NCBI RefSeq assembly: GCF_006345805.1
Contig: NW_021824083.1
Span: 1 to 20,781 of the forward strand
DNA length: 20,781 nt
Origin: Octopus sinensis
Lineage: Eukaryota
Direction of reading: 5' to 3'
The translations under genes were made by a program, and so were the position numbers. Positions 10,120 through 19,796 of the stretch are shown one piece after another. How positions within the stretch are numbered: the stretch's first letter is position 1; each line of letters begins with the position of its first letter. Below the pieces are notes generated by a model. The model did no database searches and had not been told where the DNA came from. It saw nothing but the letters and a program-made list of their open reading frames with translations.

Positions 10120-10728
10120 AAGGCGGCGAGCTGGCAGAAACGTTAGCGCGCCGGGAGAAATGCTTAGCGGTATTTCGCCTCTCGTTACGTTGTGAGTTCA
10201 AATTCCGCCGAGGTCGACTTTGCCTTTCATCCTTTCGGGGTCGATTAAATAAGTACCAGTTACGCACTGGGGTCGATGTAATCGACTTAATACCTATGTC
10301 TGTCCTTGTTTGTTCCCTCTGTGTTTAGCCCCTTGTGGGTAATAAAGAAATAGGTATTTCGCCTGTCGTTACGTTCTGAGTTTGAGTTCAAATTCCGCCG
10401 AGGTCGACTTTGCCGTTCATTCCTCACAGGGTCGATAAATTAAGTACCAGTTACACACTGGGGTCGATGTAACCGACTTAATCCCTTTGTCTGTCCTTGT
10501 TTGTCCCCTCTATACTTAGCCGCTTGTGGGTAGTAAAGAAATAGGTATTTCGCCTGTCGTTACGTTCTGAGTTCAAATTCCGCCGAGGTCGACTTTGCCT
10601 TTCATCCCTCACAGGGTCGATAAATAAAATACCAGTTACGCACTGGGGTCGATGTAACCGACTTAATCCCTTTGTCTGTCCTTGTTTGTCCCCTCTATGC
10701 TTAACCCCTTGTGGGCAGTAAAGAAATA
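10120..10728 (+). mobile_element. SINE family A trimer (10120-10354, 10355-10545, 10546-10728)
   Basis: An 18-bp TSD with 1 mismatch (tatacacgttttgcaagt 10102-10119 / tatacacgttttgtaagt 10729-10746) brackets the whole trimer. Confidence 0.93.
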
Positions 10729-10850
10729 TATACACGTTTTGTAAGTGGCTTTGTCTGACGCTACATGTCGAAGGTGAAACGGTTACCTCTATGATGTATA
10801 ATTTAAAGGAGCCGTTGAATTCACTTTAAATTGGAATATATTTCAGGAAT

Positions 10851-11171
10851 ATATTTATTTATGCGTCCTTTTCAAGCCTAGTCAGGTTCATGGGCCCGGT
10901 TTCCCGGTTTCTATGGTGTATGTGTCCCCCACCCCCCAACTGGACGGGACGCCAGTCCATGGCAGCGTTACTCAAGAAACAGGAAGAGAGAGTGAGAGAA
11001 AGTTGAGACGAAAGAGTACAACAGGGGTCGCCACCACCCCCTGCTGGACCCTCGTGGAGCTTTAGGTGTTTTTCACTCAATAAACACACACAAAACGCGG
11101 TCTGGGAATTGATACCGCGATCCTCCGACCGCGAATCCGCAGCCCTAACCACTGGGCCATTGCGCATCCAC
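10851..11171 (-). mobile_element. tRNA-derived SINE family B
   Basis: Reverse complement gtggatgcgcaatggcccagtggttagggctgcgg head, (AAAT)n tail, and an 11-bp TSD atttcaggaat at 10840-10850 and 11172-11182. Confidence 0.9.
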
Positions 11172-11460
11172 ATTTCAGGAATTATTAAAGACTTTTTAAC
11201 TGTTTACAAATAATCTTCAGCAAGCTACAAGTATATTAGTATAGTAATACAAACGTAGCACCAGGCATGGACAGTGTAACGACCGAATCAAAAACAAAAG
11301 GAGAAAGCGTAGATTGAACTCGGACATGTTTAACTTTCATTAGTCTTCGATTAAATATAATTGCAATGTGTTCAATTTGGTGGCAAAAAATGGAGACGTT
11401 ATGAGTAGAGTGGTGTAAATTATATAAAACGGAAGACACAAATAAGCAAAGATCGTGACA

Positions 11461-11526
11461 CAATAATAATAATAACAATAATAATAATAATAATAATAAG
11501 AAGAAGAAGAAGAGAAGAAGAAGAAG
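11461..11526. repeat. (AAT)n-(AAG)n microsatellite
   Basis: Seen directly. Confidence 0.95.
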
Positions 11527-12120
11527 GAATATATTCACAGACACGACAGAGTTGGGACCTATATACACTGGAAGCTATGCCAGCATTATGAAATAAGAAC
11601 AGAAAAAAGATGATATAGGCACACACCAGAAAAGGTCACAGAAAACGAGAAAGCCACCATACTCTGGGATATGCCGATACACACAGATAGAGAAATTAAG
11701 GCCAACAGACCAGATATAGTTGTCAGAGATCACGAAGAAAAAAATGCTTTCTAATTGATGTATCAATACCAGCAGATGACAACGTGTCTCTAAAAGAAAT
11801 GGAGAAACTTTCAAAATACAAAGACCTGGAAATAGAGGTAACCAGAATGTGGAATCTAAAAACAGAAACAATTCCTGTCATAGTAGGTGCATTAGGCATG
11901 ATAAAAAAAATATTCAGACAAATACATAACAAAAACACCAGGACTTACAAACACATATAACATACAGAAAATTGCACTACTAGGCACTGCACACATCCTA
12001 CGCAGAACACTTTCCATACAGTAACCATAAGAGCATCACAACAAATCACAGCACAAACCCAAGGCACACAGAGCTGCACTCAGTAGTGAAGTGAAAGCAC
12101 GCTATAAAAAATATACTACT
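11527..12120 (+). mobile_element. 5'-truncated R4/Dong-clade (RLE) non-LTR retrotransposon: endonuclease-coding 3' end (11527-12024) plus 3' UTR
   Basis: Translation EYIHRHDRVGTYIHWKLCQHY...ILWDMPIHTDREIKANRPDIVV...LIDVSIP...KLSKYKDLEIEV...PVIVGALG...LLGTAHILRRTLSIQ* shows the RHD, RPD..D and K..KY motifs of RLE domains. One TGA (11611-11613, likely from TGG) and two A-run frameshifts (about 11740 and 11905). Flanked by (AAT)n on both sides. Confidence 0.9.
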
Positions 12121-12131
12121 GAATAATAATG

Positions 12132-12164
<33 letters not shown>
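12121..12164. repeat. (AAT)n tail/target of the RLE LINE
   Basis: Seen directly. Confidence 0.95.
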
Positions 12165-12165
<1 letters not shown>

Positions 12166-12662
12166 ATGCCCTGATGCAGTACCAGGCATCTGATGCAGTA
12201 CGTGGCTTCTGATCTTAACTCATTGGAAGTGTTATCATGTACATTGTTTTGTCTTGGTATTAAAGATGGGCTACAGCAAATATTCTGCTCAATAACACAG
12301 ATTTGCTTGTCAGTTGTTTGACCATAGTCAATTGAGCATGTTCCTTAGTGGGTGACGATATATGCATCTTTGATCACCAGCAGAAGTAGTGGGGGAGCAT
12401 CACAGACATGTGTTGAGAGGGATTCTTTGGGGTTTGAATAATTCATCTCTGGAATCATGGGTGTTTCGTTCACCATCCTTAAACAATCCTTATACAGGGA
12501 CGTTTTGAGCGGGATGGGTTACTCGACAAGAAGAAAATTCTAACTGGGTCTCACATGCAAGGTCATGCGTTGTTTATCTTGATATGAGATCACGCACATA
12601 TGGTTCTGATGCATGTGCCTGGTGTATCCGTATCAGACGGGTAGTCATGATGGGTATACTGA
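12165..12662. mobile_element. Unclassified interspersed repeat starting right after (AAT)n
   Basis: Part of it (12365-12463) recurs inverted at 13824-13922 at about 90% identity. The class (Dong 5' UTR or a non-autonomous partner) cannot be resolved here. Confidence 0.5.
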
Positions 12663-12867
12663 GTCCAAAATGAAAGATGGTTAACAGAACTGTAGCTAGG
12701 ATGTTCAGCGTGCGAGAAATGAACGTGATATAGTGGAAGAGTTATTCGCAAGAATATAATACCACGAATTGTGAAAGAATTGAGATGAGTGTCTACTCAA
12801 ATAATGAATATCGATTAATAATAGATAGGATTTTGGATCTATTGAATACAGATCGGACAGGATTTAT

Positions 12868-13140
12868 GCGCAATTTAAGAAGGCTAACCAAAAGAGACTA
12901 AATCAACAGACGAATAAAGTCAATAATGTACTGAGACACATCGAAACAAAGAACATCACACAAAATCTTATCAAGGCTACCAGTAGGGCTGTGGCGGGAA
13001 AAGACGGGATTGGGAATTAGTGAGAACGGAAGGGCGACGGACAGAAGACGAAATAAACAACCGAGGTGGAAAAGGGGAAATTCTGAAGATATTAACTCAT
13101 TGAAGATATAAACTCCTTGTCAATGTTTGTCAGGAAAAGA
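12868..13140 (+). pseudogene. Decayed N-terminal-half fragment of an R4/Dong-like ORF
   Basis: FKKANQKRLNQQTNKVNNVLRHIETKNITQNLIKATSRAVA...RRRNKQPRWKRG..EDINSL resembles the KVN.VL..I.T.NIT.TN.LI.A and K.P.WKRR motifs I recall from R4-clade ORFs. Confidence 0.55.
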
Positions 13141-13501
13141 AATGAATGAAAAGAATGAAAGAAATGAAAAGAATGAATGAAAAAATAATAATAATAATAA
13201 TAATATCAATAATAATAATAATAAAAATAATAAAAATAATAATAATAAAAAAAAATAATAATAATAATAATAATAATAATATTAATAGTAATAATATTAA
13301 TAATAATAATATCAATAATAATAATAATAATATTAATAATAATAATATTAATAATAATAATATTAATAATAATAATAATGATAATAATAAAAATATCAAT
13401 AATAATAATAATAATATTAATAATAATAATATCAATAATAATAATAATAATAATATTAATAATAATAATATTATAATAATAATGATAATAATAATAATGA
13501 T

Positions 13502-13532
<31 letters not shown>

Positions 13533-13550
13533 TCAATAATAATAATAATA
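13141..13550. repeat. Long degenerate (AAT)n microsatellite (about 410 bp)
   Basis: Seen directly; the poly-I/N/L ORFs are artefacts. Confidence 0.97.
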
Positions 13551-13707
13551 ATGACTGAATTTATTGACATGGTCAATAGAGAGCCGCTACCAAAGCATTC
13601 AAACAGCACAACAAAATAACAACACTATCATGATGTATAATGTTGCTCTTAGACAGATCTTCAGAAATAAGGGAAATGACCTAACAACTTTAAATAACCT
13701 CATCTAG
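13551..13707 (+). pseudogene. Decayed R4/Dong-like N-terminal fragment (second subfamily)
   Basis: MTEFIDMVNREPLPKHSNSTTK / NTIMMYNVALRQIFRNKGNDLTTLNNLI* parallels the LP.L...N..L..I....LT.LN.LI motif. Confidence 0.4.
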
Positions 13708-13980
13708 TATCGTTGGTGATTTTCATTCTCCGTCTTCCCTTCCTTGGAGTTTTTCTATGTTTCTGACGAAGAGCTCCGCTCGAAACGTGAAGTCCTACTT
13801 CTTTCTTTCCTTTTATGAGCATGCACCCATGATTCCAGAGGTGAATTATTCAAAACCCAAAGAATCCCTTTCAACGCATGGCTATGATGCTACCCCACTA
13901 TTTCAGCTTGTGATCAAAGATGTACTTATTCCACGTCCTCGCGTTGTTGTGTTTTCTCTTTGTTCATGTTTGGATTAAAA
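13708..13980 (+). mobile_element. Penelope-like (pLTR-type) fragment, interrupted by an inverted 99-bp piece of another repeat
   Basis: Contains the CTGACGAAG...CGAAACG signature typical of Penelope pLTR hammerheads and ends at a (TA)n tract. Confidence 0.55.
13759..13793 (+). ncRNA. Minimal type I hammerhead ribozyme motif (probably impaired: GUG at the cleavage triplet)
   Basis: gttt-CTGACGA-A-[GAGC tcc GCTC]-GAA-[ACGT palindrome]-G-aagt. Stem II is perfect, and stem I gttt/aagt has 2 Watson-Crick plus 2 G.U pairs. Confidence 0.55.
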
Positions 13981-14017
13981 CTATATATATATAATATATA
14001 TAGATATAGATATAGAT

Positions 14018-14053
<36 letters not shown>

Positions 14054-14070
14054 TGTTTGAGAGAGAGAGT
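13981..14070. repeat. (TA)n-(TAGA)n-(GA)n microsatellite
   Basis: Seen directly. Confidence 0.95.
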
Positions 14071-14578
14071 TGTGGGGGCAAAAGTAGGTATACCTTAAAT
14101 ATCGCATCAATACTATAAAGTTTAATTGATTATAATTATTAGCTCATTAAATTAGCCTCATTTATTATATTTTCAGTGTCATTAATCACAATAATACATT
14201 TATCATAACTATAATGATACTTTTATCGCAACTTTTAATATTTTTCATAAAATGGTATTAGTATTCTCTTTATTTTGTTTCTTCCATAACTACATACCTA
14301 CATTTGCCACACCTTGTGTGTGTCTGTGCATATATATATATATATATATATTAGTCAATTTAGGGTAGCAAAAAAATTCAATAGAAATTTATCGCTACCA
14401 GCGGCCTGGTGGAAAAGAGGAAAATAGTCATCGACTAAATATATAAATATAACAATTTAGGAGTGACCCTAACAGGTCATTCGTCCACCAGAAAGAGCAG
14501 CCATAACTCACACACAACTCACCGCCAAGTAGTAGTAATTCAGAATTAGGTGAATTTAAAAACATTTACCCTAATTCA

Positions 14579-14680
14579 TCTTTTAGACGTTGCAACGTTT
14601 CTGTGTCATTAATGATTAAATTAGCTTAATTAAATTAAATTAAGCTAATCTACCATAGGTTACACTTCATCAGTAAAAAA
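14579..14680 (-). ncRNA. Type I hammerhead-like ribozyme motif, unit 1
   Basis: Reverse complement of the motif described for 19324-19425; intact. Confidence 0.7.
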
Positions 14681-15050
14681 CCTGGGAGAGACAAATATAC
14701 ACGAGGCGTCTGTATCGATGCCTACGGAATATCTGTCTTAAAATTTTCAAGACTGACGTATTCGCGCCAAACTTATCAGCAGTAAATATAAACTGCCGAT
14801 TCAATCTCAGAATTATTCAGAAAATTATCAATTAGTCAATTTAGGTAGCAAAAAAATTCAATAGAAATTTATCGCTACCAGCGGCCTGGTGGAAAAGAGA
14901 AAATAGTCATCGACTAAATATATAAATATAACAATTTAGGAGTGACCCTAACAGGTCATTCGTCCACCAAAAGAGCAGCCATAACTCACACCGCCAAGTA
15001 GTAGTAATTCAGAAATTAGGTGAAAATTTAAAAAACATTACCCTAATTCA

Positions 15051-15152
15051 TCTTTTAGACGTTGCAACGTTTCTGTGTCATTAATGATTAAATTAGCTTA
15101 ATTAAATTAAATTAAGCTAATCTACCATAGGTTACACTTCATCAGTAAAAAA
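15051..15152 (-). ncRNA. Type I hammerhead-like ribozyme motif, unit 2
   Basis: Same motif; intact. Confidence 0.7.
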
Positions 15153-15520
15153 CCTGGGAGAGACAACATATACACGAGGCGTCTGTATCGATGCCTACGG
15201 AATATCTGTCTTAAAATTTTCAAGACTGACGTATTCGCGCCAAACTTATCAGCAGTAATATAAACTGCCGATTCAATCTCAGAATTATTCAGAAAATTAT
15301 CAATTAGTCAATTTAGGGTAGCAAAAAAATTCAATAGAAATTTATCGTACCAGCGGCCTGTGGAAAAGAGAAAATAGTCATCGACTAATATATAAATATA
15401 ACAATTTAGGAGTGACCCTAACAGGTCATTCGTCCACCAGAAAGAGCACCATAACTCACACCGCCAAGTAGTAGTAATTCAGAAATTAGGTGAAAATTTA
15501 AAAAACATTACCCTAATTCA

Positions 15521-15625
15521 TCTTTTAGAACGTTGCAACGTTTCTGTGTCATTAATGATTAAATTAGCTTAATTAAATTAAATTAGGAGCTAATCTACCA
15601 TAGGTTACACTTCATCAGTAAAAAA
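15521..15625 (-). ncRNA. Type I hammerhead-like motif, unit 3 (indels near the cleavage site and in stem II)
   Basis: Extra A (ttttagaacg) and a gga-type insertion in the stem II hairpin; may be sequencing error. Confidence 0.5.
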
Positions 15626-15995
15626 CCTGGGAGAGACAAATATACACGAGGCGTCTGTATCGATGCTACGGAATATCTGTCTTAAAATTTTCAAGACTGA
15701 CGTATTCGCGCCAAACTTATCAGCAGTAAATATAAACTGCCGATTCAATCTCAGAATTATTCAGAAAATTATCAATTAGTCAATTTAGGGTAGCAAAAAA
15801 ATTCAATAGAAATTTATCGCTACCAGCGGCCTGGTGGAAAAGAGAAAATAGTCATCGACTAAATAATAAATATAACAATTTAGGAGTGACCCTAACAGGT
15901 CATTCGTCCACCAGAAAGAGCAGCATAACTCCACCGCCAAGTAGTAATTCAGAAATTAGGTGTGAAAAATTTAAAACATTTACCTACCCAATTCA

Positions 15996-16099
15996 TCTTT
16001 TAGAGACGTTGCAACGTTTCTGTGTCATTAATGATTAAATTAGCTTAATTAAATTAAATTAAGCTAATCTACCATAGGTTACACTTCATCAGTAAAAAA
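15996..16099 (-). ncRNA. Type I hammerhead-like motif, unit 4 (2-nt insertion at stem I)
   Basis: ttttagagacg variant; core otherwise intact. Confidence 0.55.
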
Positions 16100-16471
16100 C
16101 CTGGGAGAGACAAATATACACGAGGCGTCTGTATCGATGCCTACGGAATATCTGTCTTAAAATTTTCAAGACTGACGTATTCGCGCCAAACTTATCAGCA
16201 GTAAATATAAACTGCCGATTCAATCTCAGAATTATTCAGAAAATTATCAATTAGTCAATTTAGGGTAGCAAAAAAATTCAATAGAAATTTATCGCTACCA
16301 GCGGCCTGGTGGAAAAGAGAAAATAGTCATCGACTAAATATATAAAATAACAATTTAGGAGTGACCCTAACAGGTCATTCGTCCACCAGAAAGAGCAGCC
16401 ATAACTCACACACCGCCAGTAGTAGTAATTCAGAAATTAGGTGAAAATTTAAAAACATTTACCCTAATTCA

Positions 16472-16572
16472 TCTTTTAGACGTTGCAACGTTTCTGTGTC
16501 ATTAATGATTAAATTAGCTTAATTAATTAAATTAAGCTAATCTACCATAGGTTACACTTCATCAGTAAAAAA
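16472..16572 (-). ncRNA. Type I hammerhead-like ribozyme motif, unit 5
   Basis: Core intact; 1-nt deletion in the stem II hairpin loop. Confidence 0.7.
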
Positions 16573-16938
16573 CCTGGGAGAGACAAATATACACGAGGCG
16601 TCTGTATCGATGCCTACGGAATATCTGTCTTAAAATTTTCAAGACTGACGTATCCGCGCCAAACTTATCAGCAGTAAAATATAACTGCGTTCAATCTCAG
16701 AATTATTCAGAAAATTATCAATTAGTCAATTTAGGGTAGCAAAAAAATTCAATAGAAATTTATCGCTACCAGGCCTGGTGAAAAGAGAAAATAGTCATCG
16801 ACTAAATATATAAATATAACAATTTAGGAGTGACCCTAACAGGTCATCGTCCACCAGAAAGAGCAGCCATAACTCACACCGCCAAGTAGTAGTAATTCAG
16901 AAATTAGGTGAAAATTTAAAAACATTTACCCTAATTCA

Positions 16939-17040
16939 TCTTTTAGACGTTGCAACGTTTCTGTGTCATTAATGATTAAATTAGCTTAATTAAATTAAAT
17001 TAAGCTAATCTACCATAGGTTACACTTCATCAGTAAAAAA
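16939..17040 (-). ncRNA. Type I hammerhead-like ribozyme motif, unit 6
   Basis: Same motif; intact. Confidence 0.7.
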
Positions 17041-17412
17041 CCTGGGAGAGACAAATATACACGAGGCGTCTGTATCGATGCCTACGGAATATCTGTCTTA
17101 AAATTTTCAAGACTGACGTATTCGCGCCAAACTTATCAGCAGTAAATATAAACTGCCGATTCAATCTCAGAATTATTCAGAAAATTATCAATTAGTCAAT
17201 TTAGGGTAGCAAAAAAATTCAATAGAAATTTATCGCTACCAGCGGCCTGGTGGAAAAGAGAAAATAGTCATCGACTAAATATATAAATATAACAATTTAG
17301 GAGTGACCCTAACAGGTCATTCGTCCACCAGAAAGAGCAGCCATAACTCACACCGCCAAGTAGTAGTAATTCAGAAATTAGGTGAAAATTTAAAAACATT
17401 TACCCTAATTCA

Positions 17413-17514
17413 TCTTTTAGACGTTGCAACGTTTCTGTGTCATTAATGATTAAATTAGCTTAATTAAATTAAATTAAGCTAATCTACCATAGGTTACACT
17501 TCATCAGTAAAAAA
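17413..17514 (-). ncRNA. Type I hammerhead-like ribozyme motif, unit 7
   Basis: Same motif; intact. Confidence 0.7.
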
Positions 17515-17885
17515 CCTGGGAGAGACAAATATACACGAGGCGTCTGTATCGATGCCTACGGAATATCTGTCTTAAAATTTTCAAGACTGACGTATTCGCG
17601 CCAAACTTATCAGCAGTAAATATAAACTGCCGATTCAATCTCAGAATTATTCAGAAAATTATCAATTAGTCAATTTAGGGTAGCAAAAAAATTCAATAGA
17701 AATTTATCGCTACCAGCGGCCTGGTGGAAAAGAGAAAATAGTCATCGACTAAATATATAAATATAACAATTAGGAGTGACCCTAACAGGTCATTCGTCCA
17801 CCAGAAAGAGCAGCCATAACTCACACCGCCAAGTAGTAGTAATTCAGAAATTAGGTGAAAATTTAAAAACATTTACCCTAATTCA

Positions 17886-17987
17886 TCTTTTAGACGTTGC
17901 AACGTTTCTGTGTCATTAATGATTAAATTAGCTTAATTAAATTAAATTAAGCTAATCTACCATAGGTTACACTTCATCAGTAAAAAA
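17886..17987 (-). ncRNA. Type I hammerhead-like ribozyme motif, unit 8
   Basis: Same motif; intact. Confidence 0.7.
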
Positions 17988-18380
17988 CCTGGGAGAGACA
18001 AATATACACGAGGCGTCTGTATCGATGCCTACGGAATATCTGTCTTAAAATTTTCAAGACTGACGTATTCGCGCCAAACTTATCAGCAGTAAATATAAAC
18101 TGCCGATTCAATCTCAGAATTATTCAGAAAATTATCAATTAGTCAATTTAGGGTAGCAAAAAAATTCAATAGAAATTTATCGCTACCAGCGATAAATTTC
18201 TATTGAATTTTTGCTACCCTAAATTGACTAATTGATAATTTTCTGAATAATTCTGAGATTGAATCGGCAGTTTATATTACTGCTGATAGTTTGGCGCGAA
18301 TACGTCAGTCTTGAAAATTTTAAGACAGATATTCCGTAGGCATCGATACAGACGCCTCGTGTATATTTGTCTCTCCCAGG

Positions 18381-18482
18381 TTTTTTACTGATGAAGTGTA
18401 ACCTATGGTAGATTAGCTTAATTTAATTTAATTAAGCTAATTTAATCATTAATGACACAGAAACGTTGCAACGTCGAAAAGA
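18381..18482 (+). ncRNA. Type I hammerhead-like motif, right arm copy 1
   Basis: CTGATGA at 18388-18394 and GTC at 18473-18475; T>G at 18476 breaks the first stem I pair. Confidence 0.6.
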
Positions 18483-18852
18483 TGAATTAGGGTAAATGTT
18501 TTTAAATTTTCACCTAATTCTGAATTACTACTACTTGGCGGTGTGAGTTATGGCTGCTCTTTCTGGTGGACGAATGACCTGTTAGGGTCACTCCTAAATT
18601 GTTATATTTATTATTTAGTCGATGACTATTTTCTCTTTTCCACCAGGCCGCTGGTAGCGATAAATTTCTATTGAATTTTTTTGCTACCCTAAATTGACTA
18701 ATTGATAATTTTCTGAATAATTCTGAGATTGAATCGGCAGTTTATATTTACTGCTGATAAGTTTGGCGCGAATACGTCAGTCTTGAAAATTTTAAGACAG
18801 ATATTCCGTAGGCATCGATACAGACGCCTCGTGTATATTTGTCTCTCCCAGG

Positions 18853-18954
18853 TTTTTCACTGATGAAGTGTAACCTATGGTAGATTAGCTTAATTTAATT
18901 TAATTAAGCTAATTTAATCATTAATGACACAGAAACGTTGCAACGTCTAAAAGA
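18853..18954 (+). ncRNA. Type I hammerhead-like motif, right arm copy 2
   Basis: CTGATGA at 18860-18866 and GTC at 18945-18947; T>C at 18858 in stem I. Confidence 0.6.
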
Positions 18955-19323
18955 TGAATTAGGGTAAATGTTTTTAAATTTTCACCTAATTTCTGAATTA
19001 CTACTACTTGGCGGTGTGAGTTATGGCTGCTCTTTCTGGTGGACGATGACTGTTAGGGTCACTCCTAAATTGTTATATTTATATATTTAGTCGATGACTA
19101 TTTTCTCTTTTCCACCAGGCCGCTGGTAGCGATAAATTTCTATTGAATTTTTTGCTACCCTAAATGGACTAATTGATAATTTTCTGAATAATTCTGAGAT
19201 TGAATCGGCAGTTTATATTACTGCTGATAAGTTTGGCGCGAATACGTCAGTCTTGAAATTTTTTAAGACAGATATTCCGTAGGCATCGATACAGACGCCT
19301 CGTGTATATTTGTCTCTCCCAGG

Positions 19324-19425
19324 TTTTTTACTGATGAAGTGTAACCTATGGTAGATTAGCTTAATTTAATTTAATTAAGCTAATTTAATCATTAATGACA
19401 CAGAAACGTTGCAACGTCTAAAAGA
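19324..19425 (+). ncRNA. Type I hammerhead-like ribozyme motif, right arm copy 3 (reference copy)
   Basis: Stem I tttttta (19324-19330)/taaaaga (19419-19425); CTGATGA at 19331-19337; stem II GTGT...ACAC; GAAA at 19403-19406; stem III ACGT-TGCA-ACGT; predicted cleavage after GTC at 19418. Confidence 0.75.
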
Positions 19426-19796
19426 TGAATTAGGGTAATGTTTTTAAATTTTCACCTAATTTCTGAATTACTACTACTTGGCGGTGTGAGTTATGGCTGC
19501 TCTTTCTGGTGGACGAATGACCTGTTAGGGTCACTCCTAAATTGTTATATTTATATATTTAGTCGATGACTATTTTCTCTTTTCCACCAGGCCGCTGGTA
19601 GCGATAAATTTCTATTGAATTTTTTTGCTACCCTAAATTGACTAATTGATAATTTTCTGAATAATTCTGAGATTGAATCGGCAGTTTATATTTACTGCTG
19701 ATAAGTTTGGCGCGAATACGTCAGTCTTGAAAATTTTAAGACAGATATTCCGTAGGCATCGATACAGACGCCTCGTGTATATTTGTCTCTCCCAGG

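Larger units (their letters stand above)
14351..18184 (-). repeat. Left arm of the tandem array: 8 full ~470-481-bp units plus a 46-bp partial; hammerhead on the minus strand
   Basis: Unit starts (ttagtcaattt) at 14351, 14832, 15304, 15776, 16251, 16722, 17192, 17666 and 18139. Differences between copies are mostly 1-2-nt indels. Confidence 0.97.

Noticed and set aside
12165-12240. Possible HDV-like ribozyme at the start of the repeat following (AAT)n (known for R2/R4 5' ends)
   Set aside because: I could not build the nested double pseudoknot by eye, and the copy has a local ctgatgcagtac duplication. It needs an RNArobo/Infernal search on the consensus.
13130-13619. 157-159-aa poly-I/N/L ORFs
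   Set aside because: (AAT)n repeat artefacts.
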